Shown here: one piece after another, positions 16,206-23,744 of the stretch
How the letters are laid out: each line of letters starts with the position of its first letter
How positions within the stretch are numbered: the stretch's first letter is position 1
NCBI GenBank assembly: GCA_963718915.1
Contig: CAVRAI010000004.1
Span: forward strand, 990,001 to 1,022,000
Length of the DNA stretch: 32,000 nucleotides
Source: an uncultured Chloroflexia bacterium
GTDB taxonomy: Bacteria > Chloroflexota > Ktedonobacteria > Ktedonobacterales > JADMIN01
Direction of reading: 5' to 3'
Notes under the pieces: model-generated
Database searches by the model: none
What the model saw: only the letters and a program-made list of their open reading frames with translations
Told to the model about the DNA's origin: nothing
Translations under genes and position numbers: made by a program

Positions 16206-17906
16206 ATGACAGCCACACTCAAACGACCCGCCGAGACGCCTCCTACGTCGGAGCCAAATTCATCACCCAAATTTGAGCATTCCGTCACCAGAAAGAGTTC
16301 CAGAGCGTATCTCGTTCTGTTTGTGGCAACGCTTCTGCTCACCCCGTTATTGATTCTCGTGGGGGCCGATCAGGGGTATGGCACGATATTGGCCGCACTA
16401 GCCGCGCTGATCGCTTTGGCGCTCGTGCCGTGGAAGCCAATTTGGGGGCTGTATCTGATTGTTATCTGTGCTGTGGTCGTCGAGCAGGAACCGCTTCCGG
16501 GTACGCCGATTGGCACGGATCACCTTAATGTCTTCTACTGGCCAACACACCTGCAGGGGCTACCCGAGCGTCCAATAGGGTTCTTTATCCTGGCGATTCT
16601 GTTCTTCCTGGTGATCACTGCAGTGCTTTTCCGTCGGCGCGCACTCTACGGGGGCAGGCTCTTTTATCCATTCCTGTTCTTCTTCGCCTGTATGGCCGTT
16701 GGTGTGCTTCACGGTCTGGCGACGGGTGGGTCATTTCGCATCATCGTGCTTGAGATTCGACCATGGTGGTACTTCTTCGTCTCATATATTCTTGCCTACA
16801 ATATTGTGTCTGAAGTGAAACATGTGCGAAACATCATCTGGATCACGGTTCTCGGCACAGCTATCAAGGGTGTTCAGGGTGTTTTCATCGTCTACACCTA
16901 CTATAGTGGCCAGATCGAGGGACACAACGAGATCATGGCGCACGAACAGTCATTCTTCTTTGTGCTCGTGCTCCTCCTGCTGGTCATGATGCTGCTACAT
17001 CACTTTCAGCGTGCTCTCTTCATCGCCATCCTCTTCTCACTGCCATGTCTATTGCTGGCGCTGGTGGCAAATAATCGGCGTGCCGACTACGTGGCGCTGC
17101 TGCTTGGAATTCTGATCGCATGGACGATGGTGATTCTGGTGAAACCGGCGTCGCGCCGCGCGCTCATCACTGTGCTTGCCATATGTTTGTTGTTCGGAGG
17201 CGTTTATGTGCTCGCCTTCCAGAAGTCTACCGGCGCTCTCGGCCAGCCTGCGCGCGCGGTGATCTCGGTCTTCAACCCCAGTGCTTCGGATGAACGCGAT
17301 GCGGCCTCAAATGCGTATCGTGTGGTTGAGAACTACGATCTCAAATGGACCGAGCAGACAAGTCCGATCCTGGGTTTTGGTTTTGGCAAGCCATTTCTGC
17401 AACCAGTGGCGCTGCCGAACGTGCTCGAACTGGATCCTTACTACCTCTACATACCCCATAACAACGTCCTTTGGGTCTGGATGCGCCTGGGGCCGTTGGG
17501 ATTTAGCGCACTTTGGTATCTCTTCGGGTCCGCGATTGTAGCGGGGTGCATGATCGTTCGCCGGTTGAGGGATCCACAATTACAATTCTTCGCGATCTTC
17601 ACGCTCGCGACGGTCGTGATGGAGGTCATCCTGGCGTACGGCGACTACCAATTCTTCTTCTATCGCAACATGATATATGTTGGTGTCGCCCTCGGTGTCT
17701 TGATGAAATTACCGGCCATCGAGCGGGCGGCAAGGGGGGAGCCATCGAGCCATACTGACCCGCTGGACGACGCAATTCCCACCGCCCGCAAGAAACCGCG
17801 TCCACGCGCGCGACTCGATATTCCACACTCGCTGCCGATTCCTGTCTCGGCAATGACGGCGCGTGTGACTGGTGACAATTTCAGGTGGAAGTGGTCGTAT
17901 CCATGA
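16206..17906 (+). CDS. O-antigen ligase / Wzy-polymerase-like polytopic membrane protein
   Basis: 566 aa with at least 10 hydrophobic segments. A large loop (SDERDAASNAYRVVENYDLKWTEQ...GFGFGKPF) is typical of the O-antigen ligase (Wzy_C) family. The C-terminal tail is basic. Confidence 0.7.
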   Translation: MTATLKRPAETPPTSEPNSSPKFEHSVTRKSSRAYLVLFVATLLLTPLLILVGADQGYGTILAALAALIALALVPWKPIWGLYLIVICAVVVEQEPLPGTPIGTDHLNVFYWPTHLQGLPERPIGFFILAILFFLVITAVLFRRRALYGGRLFYPFLFFFACMAVGVLHGLATGGSFRIIVLEIRPWWYFFVSYILAYNIVSEVKHVRNIIWITVLGTAIKGVQGVFIVYTYYSGQIEGHNEIMAHEQSFFFVLVLLLLVMMLLHHFQRALFIAILFSLPCLLLALVANNRRADYVALLLGILIAWTMVILVKPASRRALITVLAICLLFGGVYVLAFQKSTGALGQPARAVISVFNPSASDERDAASNAYRVVENYDLKWTEQTSPILGFGFGKPFLQPVALPNVLELDPYYLYIPHNNVLWVWMRLGPLGFSALWYLFGSAIVAGCMIVRRLRDPQLQFFAIFTLATVVMEVILAYGDYQFFFYRNMIYVGVALGVLMKLPAIERAARGEPSSHTDPLDDAIPTARKKPRPRARLDIPHSLPIPVSAMTARVTGDNFRWKWSYP

Positions 17907-19105
17907 AAATTCTCATAGTTGCCCGGTCGCTGCCTCGCCCTACCTGGGGCGCTGGAATCCGCAACTACCATCTGCTGCGCGCCCTGGCGAGCAAACATGA
18001 TGTTTCATTGCTTGCCCTCGTTGATGAACACGAGCGCGAGCAAAGCGCGGCGGCCCATCTGATCCCATACATGCGCGCAGTGCGGCTGGTAGATGCAGCA
18101 CATACTGGCTCCAGGCGATTTGATCAGATTCGCGCGCTGGCGGCCGGACGTTCATTTTACCTGGACTCTCACACAGTACCGGGCGCACAGGCCGCTCTGG
18201 ACGATGAATTGACGCGTAATGCCTATGATGCGGTGTTCTTTGAAGGGTTGTTTGTCGCTGGCTATCAGGTGCCATCCCATATTCGCATTATTCTTGACGA
18301 ACACAACATCGAGCACGAACTACTTTGGCGGAGCTATCAGCGTGCCAACGGTGTTGCGAGACGCGGCTTCAACTGGCTCGAATATCGCCGCCTGAGGCCG
18401 CTCGAAATCGCCTGGTGTCGGCGCGCGGACCTCGTGCTGGTAACCAGCGAGCGTGAACTGCAGGTGTTATGCGCGCTGATGCCAGAGAAAAATGTTCAGG
18501 TGGCGCCGAATGGCGTTGATATTGAGGCTTTTGCGCCCGATGAGTCTCTGACGGAGACGCCTGGGCGAGTCATTTTTACCGCCTCCTTTGACTATTACCC
18601 GAACGTGCAGGGTGCTCTTTACTTCGCCGAGCAGTGTTGGCCGCTCGTTCAAAGCGCATTTCCGGAGGCGACCTGGCATCTTGTCGGGCGCAATCCACCG
18701 CCTGAGATCGTCCGGCTAGGCGCGCTTCGGGGGGTAACGGTGACAGGCAGTGTGCCTGCTATACAGCCGCATCTCGCCACGGCACAGGTCGCTATCGTCC
18801 CGCTTTTGACGGGTGCGGGTACACGGTTGAAGATTCTGGAGGCTCTTTCCTTGCGGCGTGCCGTTGTTTCGACCAGTCTCGGCTGCGAAGGAATCAATTG
18901 TGTTCCAGATCGCGATCTCGTCGTTGCCGATGACCCCCGCGCGTTTGCCACGGCGATTGTCGGCTTACTCCAGGATGGCACGCGCCGGGCAAGCCTTGGC
19001 GCTGCTGGCCGTGCGCTGGTTGAAGAGCAATATAGTTGGGCGCATTGTGGTCAACAATTGCTGCAGGCGCTTGATGATGCCGAGAAGAGAGGGTGGCGCC
19101 GATGA
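17903..19105 (+). CDS. Glycosyltransferase family 4 (GT-B)
   Basis: ATG 17903 overlaps the upstream stop as ATGA. The N-terminus is MKILIVARSLPRPTWGAGIRNYHLLRALAS. The C-terminal EX7E-type region is GAGTRLKILEALSLRRAVVSTSLGCEGI. Confidence 0.8.
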   Translation: MKILIVARSLPRPTWGAGIRNYHLLRALASKHDVSLLALVDEHEREQSAAAHLIPYMRAVRLVDAAHTGSRRFDQIRALAAGRSFYLDSHTVPGAQAALDDELTRNAYDAVFFEGLFVAGYQVPSHIRIILDEHNIEHELLWRSYQRANGVARRGFNWLEYRRLRPLEIAWCRRADLVLVTSERELQVLCALMPEKNVQVAPNGVDIEAFAPDESLTETPGRVIFTASFDYYPNVQGALYFAEQCWPLVQSAFPEATWHLVGRNPPPEIVRLGALRGVTVTGSVPAIQPHLATAQVAIVPLLTGAGTRLKILEALSLRRAVVSTSLGCEGINCVPDRDLVVADDPRAFATAIVGLLQDGTRRASLGAAGRALVEEQYSWAHCGQQLLQALDDAEKRGWRR

Positions 19106-20337
19106 CACTGTTGACTCTTGCACGCGGAGTGCTGCTCGCGCTGGAGATATTGCTGGCCCTACCGCTTCTGTATCTCCTGGCGCTTGCCATTGGCGCAACG
19201 ATAGGCACGATCCGCCGACCTCATGCGCCAGCAGGAGAAGAGCTTGCCAGCCGCTTTGCGATAGTGATACCCGCGCACAATGAAGAAGCGCTGATAGGAA
19301 CTATGCTTAGCAGTCTGGCACGGATCGACTATCCCGCGGATTGCTACGACGTACACATCATCGCTGATAATTGCACTGATCGTACCGCTGAGATTGCTCG
19401 TGCCGCTGGCGTTCACGTCCAGGTGCGAACGGATCTTGAGAATCGTGGCAAGGGCTTTGCTTTGTCGTGGGCGTTCAACCTGTTGATGAATGGCTCAATT
19501 CATTACGATGCCTTTGTTGTGCTCGATGCCGATGCCGTAGTCGATCCGGGACTGCTCAAAGCACTGGCGCGCGGGCTGGCGCGCGGAGGGTCGGCGCTAC
19601 AGTCGCAGAACGCCGTCCTCAATGCCGCTGAATCGTCGGTGAGCGCGCTGCGCTGGCTGGCGCTCTCGCTGATGAACTACATTCGACCTCTCGGCCGTAA
19701 TACGCTCGGCGGCTCATCCACCCTGACCGGAAATGGCATGTGTCTCACCCATGAGTTGCTCGTGCGCCATCCCTGGCAGGCATTTGGCTTGTCCGAGGAT
19801 TATCAATATTATCTATCGATTGTCTCCAGCGGTGAGAAAGTGCTCTTCGTGCCAGATGCGGACGTTCGCTCGGTGATGCCAACGACGGCTCGTCAGCTTC
19901 AGACACAGGATATACGGTGGGAATCGCTTAACCCGGACGCAAGCGCATGGCAGCGACGTATCAGTTGGAGCCTTCTTGGCGAAGGTATTCGCCGACATAG
20001 TTGGTTGCGTTTGGATGCGCTGGCGGAGCTGATGATACCGCCTCTCTCAGTGTTGATAGGAGGTTCCATATCGCTGCTGCTCGCTGCGGTAGTTCTGCAA
20101 GCCCCATTGCAGATTGCGCTGGCGGCGGCGCTGCTAGCGATGTTAGCCGCCTATGTGGCGTCCGCGTTCGTCCTTTTGCACCCGCCCCTCGGTGTGTATC
20201 GCGCGCTGGTCTATGCGCCCGCATATGTGGCCCGGAAGCTCTGGATCTACTTTGTGCTACGCCGCCTGCGTAAGAATACGACGTCATGGGTTCGTACGAG
20301 CAGAACAGTAGAAGCGCCAGGCGATGTCGCGCCGTGA
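19102..20337 (+). CDS. Membrane-embedded glycosyltransferase family 2 with synthase-type motifs
   Basis: ATG 19102 overlaps the upstream stop as ATGA. An N-terminal TM segment is followed by IVIPAHNEE, IIADNCTDRT, VVLDADA, GNGMC, SEDYQY and QDIRW (a QxxRW motif). Several C-terminal TM segments follow. Confidence 0.8.
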   Translation: MTLLTLARGVLLALEILLALPLLYLLALAIGATIGTIRRPHAPAGEELASRFAIVIPAHNEEALIGTMLSSLARIDYPADCYDVHIIADNCTDRTAEIARAAGVHVQVRTDLENRGKGFALSWAFNLLMNGSIHYDAFVVLDADAVVDPGLLKALARGLARGGSALQSQNAVLNAAESSVSALRWLALSLMNYIRPLGRNTLGGSSTLTGNGMCLTHELLVRHPWQAFGLSEDYQYYLSIVSSGEKVLFVPDADVRSVMPTTARQLQTQDIRWESLNPDASAWQRRISWSLLGEGIRRHSWLRLDALAELMIPPLSVLIGGSISLLLAAVVLQAPLQIALAAALLAMLAAYVASAFVLLHPPLGVYRALVYAPAYVARKLWIYFVLRRLRKNTTSWVRTSRTVEAPGDVAP

Positions 20338-20389
20338 TCGATAAAACGATTCGTCTGACTTGAGATATAAGGCGGGGGAGGGTGACGTC

Positions 20390-21616
20390 ATGAATCCGGT
20401 TCGAGTATGCGCAATTGCATATGATTACTATCCATTTGATATCGCGATACGACGCATGGCTGCCGCAACGGTAGACGCTGGCTACGAGATGCACGTCATT
20501 TGCCTGCGCGACAGCGGAGAGTCGTCGTACGAGGTATGTGAAGGCGTCGCGACGCATCGTGTGCCATTGAGTCGTGGATTTGGCCGTGCGCTGCCCCTCA
20601 CCATCCTGAGTTGGATGTGGTTCATGCTCCTTGCTGGTTGGGTGGTGACTTGGCAGCACCTTCGTCATCCTTACAATGTGATCATCGCGTACAACATGCC
20701 TGACTTTCTGGTGTTCGCCGCCATGATCCCGCGTATTTTGGGCGCGAAAGTTGTATTGGATGTGCTGGATCCCAGCCCGGAGTTGATGGCGGCTAAATCC
20801 AGTGGACGAAAAGGACGACTGCTCTATCACCTGGCAGCGATCCAGGAACGCATCTCCACCGCGTTCTCGAACCATGTCATTACCGTTGGCTGGCCGTTTG
20901 AAGAGCGCTTGAAAATGCGTGGTGTGCCGTCGCGCAAGCTATCACTGGTGCTCAACAGCGCCGATCCACGGCTCTTCCCTGCCTCACGACGCTGTCCTCC
21001 GCCGTCTTGGGCGCCGGACTTCGATGGGCCATACATCATCATGTATTACGGCACGGTTGCCGAGCGTAATGGTCTCGACACCGCCGTGCGCGCGCTGGCT
21101 CTGGCGCTGCCGCGCGCTCCACGTCTGCGTCTGGATATCATGGGGCGGGGGGAATACGTACCAGAGGTTTTGAAGCTTGCTGAGTCGTTTGGCATTGCCG
21201 ATCACGTCACGTTTACCGATCCCTGCCCCTCAGAGCGCATTGTGGACTTCATTCTGCATGGTGACGCCGGTATTATCCCCTATCGCCTCGATGGTTTCGC
21301 CGAGCTGGTGTCGCCCACCAAAGCCTACGAGCAGGCGTGGATGCAGCGCCCTATGATTGCCTCTGATACGGTCGCTATTCGCTCGATGTTCCGGCCTGGC
21401 TCGCTGCTACTCTGTGACCCCAATAGCCCTGAGAGTTTCGCCGATGCAATGGTTGAGCTGTGTGAGAGCCGCGAGCTACAGGGAACCCTTATTGAGCGCG
21501 CAGCGGAAGATTACTTGCCATACCGCTGGGAGCAGGTGCGCGCTGAATACCAGGCGTTGCTTGCTACGCTGAGCGGCGGAGCGGAGCAACGGGTTCCCGC
21601 TGCCACTGCTCTCTGA
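20390..21616 (+). CDS. Glycosyltransferase family 4 (GT-B)
   Basis: ATG 20390 has a GGGGAGG SD upstream. The N-terminus is VRVCAIAYDYYPFDIAIRRMAAATVDAGYEMHVI. The C-terminal half carries YYGTVAERNGLD and SPTKAYEQAWMQRPMIASD. Confidence 0.75.
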   Translation: MNPVRVCAIAYDYYPFDIAIRRMAAATVDAGYEMHVICLRDSGESSYEVCEGVATHRVPLSRGFGRALPLTILSWMWFMLLAGWVVTWQHLRHPYNVIIAYNMPDFLVFAAMIPRILGAKVVLDVLDPSPELMAAKSSGRKGRLLYHLAAIQERISTAFSNHVITVGWPFEERLKMRGVPSRKLSLVLNSADPRLFPASRRCPPPSWAPDFDGPYIIMYYGTVAERNGLDTAVRALALALPRAPRLRLDIMGRGEYVPEVLKLAESFGIADHVTFTDPCPSERIVDFILHGDAGIIPYRLDGFAELVSPTKAYEQAWMQRPMIASDTVAIRSMFRPGSLLLCDPNSPESFADAMVELCESRELQGTLIERAAEDYLPYRWEQVRAEYQALLATLSGGAEQRVPAATAL

Positions 21617-21649
21617 GGATAAGGGAATTGTGTACCAGGAGTGCTATTG

Positions 21650-22258
21650 ATGACTGGATCTTCATATTACGTTCACCCAACCGCCGAGGTAGAGTCGGAG
21701 GCTGAGGTTGGTGAGGGGACTCGCATCTGGCGCCAGGCGCATGTGCGTGAACATGCGCGTATCGGCGAGCAGTGCAACATTGGTAAGGGTGTCTTCGTGG
21801 ATGCGCACGTGCACATCGGCTCGCGGGTCAAGATACAGAACCACACGTCAGTCTTTGAGGGGGTTACACTCGAAGATGGCGTCTTTGTTGGCCCACATGT
21901 ATGCTTTACCAACGACCTGTTCCCACGCGCTATCACGCCCGATGGTGACCTCAAGACGGCTGACGACTGGGAAGTTACTCCGACACTTGTGCGCTATGGC
22001 GCGTCAATCGGCGGTGGGTCGGTGATCCGATGTGGTGTGACGATTGGCGAGTTCGCATTGGTAGGCGCTGGCTCGGTGGTGACGCGCGATGTTCCGCCAC
22101 ACGCGTTGGTCTTTGGCAATCCGGCGCGCCCGCATGGCTATGTGTGCCGCTGCGCGCGCCCGTTGTCGCGGCTCGCTCAGGGTGAAGATGGGAGTACGGT
22201 CGGCTGGTGTGAGAGTTGTCAGCAAGAGTGTGTGATACCGCGGATTGCCAGTGAATGA
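21650..22258 (+). CDS. Hexapeptide-repeat (LbH) sugar N-acetyltransferase, WbpD/WlbB-like, with Cys-rich C-terminal tail
   Basis: ATG 21650 has AGGAG (21637-21641) 8 nt upstream. LbH repeats run through YVHPTAEVESEAEVGEGTRIWRQAHVREHARIGEQCNIGKGVFVD...IGSRVKIQNHTSVFEGVTLEDGVFVGP. The tail is CRCARPLSRLAQGEDGSTVGWCESCQQEC. Confidence 0.75.
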   Translation: MTGSSYYVHPTAEVESEAEVGEGTRIWRQAHVREHARIGEQCNIGKGVFVDAHVHIGSRVKIQNHTSVFEGVTLEDGVFVGPHVCFTNDLFPRAITPDGDLKTADDWEVTPTLVRYGASIGGGSVIRCGVTIGEFALVGAGSVVTRDVPPHALVFGNPARPHGYVCRCARPLSRLAQGEDGSTVGWCESCQQECVIPRIASE

Positions 22259-22318
22259 TCTATGGCGCTTGTCATCCGTGTTCGCACGCGGTGAAATCAT
22301 TGCATAGAGGGAAAATGT

Positions 22319-23659
22319 ATGAATCTCGTCGCATTCTCTATCAAAACGAAAGGGGCGCATAACTTCGCCCGCCGCCTATGGACCGTCTTCGCGCGCTTCG
22401 GCTTCTCGGATGCCCGCAGCCGCCGCACACTCCTCTCGATTCTGGCAACTGTCCGCCAGTATGATGGCAATCCGACGTTCTTTATTCCCGCCGTTGTCTT
22501 ACGCCGTCATCATGAATTGATTAACGAGATTGCGCTATGCGGCGCGGAGATAGGCATTCACGGCTATGTCCACAACGATTACCGGAGCCTGAGTGACGTC
22601 AGCCAGCATCAGCAGACTCAGCAAGCCATGGCGGTATTCGATGATGTGCAATTGCCATTTCAAGGATTCCGCAACCCCTACCTTGGCTGGACAGAAGATG
22701 CTGTGCGCTCATTTGCCGCGCTGGGCTTTGGATATGACAGCAATGAAGCTATCGTGCATGATGTCGTCGATCTGACTAAACTCACCCCAACGATCCGCTC
22801 TGGCTGGGTGAAGTCGTTGTCGCTCTTCCAGGCCATCTCTCCCAGCGCGTACACACTCCGCCCACACTTTGAGGGCGAATTGGCCCGCATTCCCACCAGT
22901 ATCCCAGATGATGAAATGCTCTACGACCGGCTTCGGATTACCGATCAGGTAAAGCTGGGTAACATCTGGAGCGAGGTGATGACACGAGTCTATGCGCTCG
23001 GTGGCATATATGTGCTGAACCTTCACCCCGAGCGTGGTGTTTTATGTCGTCTCGCGCTCGCCAAGTTGTTGTCTTTCTCCCAGCAGCAGCCACTACCTGT
23101 CTGGGTGGCTTCGCTGCACGATGTTGAAACGTGGTGGCGCGAGCGAAGAGCGTTCCATTTCTCGTTCGCTCCGTCCGGTGAGGCCAGCTGGAGTGTCACA
23201 GCAACGTGCAGCGCTAGAGCTACTGTGCTTGCGCGGCGCCTCACAGTGGACGGCGCAACGATGCATGAGTGGACGGGCGAGGATCGCAGCGTCAAGGGGC
23301 GAGAATTCACGGTGCATGCGGCCAGTTGTCCATGCGTCGCGCTTTCGCCTCACACGTCCAGCGAGGTAGAAGACTTTTTGGGTGAGCAGGGCTACGCGGT
23401 TCTTCGGATAGATGCTGCCGCGGCGCCAGGCTACTCGCTGTATCTGGATATGCCCAGTGGATTTGGTACGACACGCCAGGAGCAAACCGCCCAGCGCAGC
23501 GCGCTCGTCTCGCAAATCGAGGCGCTCGACAAGCCACTCCTGCGCTTCGGCGTCTGGCCAGACGGTGCTCGCGCAGCCCTCTCAATTACGGGTGACATTG
23601 ATTCGATCACGATTCAGGACTTCTTCCTTCGGATCGTCGAAGCGCGCCAGCATCCGTAG
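22319..23659 (+). CDS. Polysaccharide-deacetylase-like (CE4/NodB-homology) protein with atypical motif layout
   Basis: TFFIPAVV...GAEIGIHGYVH is MT2-like, GFRNPY is MT3-like (RxPY) and YVLNLHPE is MT5-like. No canonical TFDD lies upstream of MT2. A SITGDIDSIT string sits 15 aa from the C-terminus. An AGAGGGA SD precedes ATG 22319. Confidence 0.55.
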   Translation: MNLVAFSIKTKGAHNFARRLWTVFARFGFSDARSRRTLLSILATVRQYDGNPTFFIPAVVLRRHHELINEIALCGAEIGIHGYVHNDYRSLSDVSQHQQTQQAMAVFDDVQLPFQGFRNPYLGWTEDAVRSFAALGFGYDSNEAIVHDVVDLTKLTPTIRSGWVKSLSLFQAISPSAYTLRPHFEGELARIPTSIPDDEMLYDRLRITDQVKLGNIWSEVMTRVYALGGIYVLNLHPERGVLCRLALAKLLSFSQQQPLPVWVASLHDVETWWRERRAFHFSFAPSGEASWSVTATCSARATVLARRLTVDGATMHEWTGEDRSVKGREFTVHAASCPCVALSPHTSSEVEDFLGEQGYAVLRIDAAAAPGYSLYLDMPSGFGTTRQEQTAQRSALVSQIEALDKPLLRFGVWPDGARAALSITGDIDSITIQDFFLRIVEARQHP

Positions 23660-23707
23660 CAGCAGAAAGCTCAGCTCAGGTGGTTTCAGCAGGGATGTTT
23701 TGGCGCG

Positions 23708-23735
23708 GCCAGCGCGCACTTTTCCGCGCGCTGGC
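23708..23735 (+). terminator. GC-rich hairpin between convergent genes (terminator-like)
   Basis: Perfect 10-bp stem GCCAGCGCGC / GCGCGCTGGC with an 8-nt loop ACTTTTCC, followed by TCATTTCGG. It sits in the 85-nt gap between the stops at 23659 (plus strand) and 23745 (minus strand). Confidence 0.5.
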
Positions 23736-23744
23736 TCATTTCGG

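Noticed and set aside
19961-20875. 304-aa ORF on the minus strand spanning the GT2/GT4 junction
   Set aside because: It is antisense to two well-supported glycosyltransferase genes. Its Arg/His/Ser-rich, low-complexity translation is typical of a shadow frame in GC-rich coding DNA. It has no motifs.
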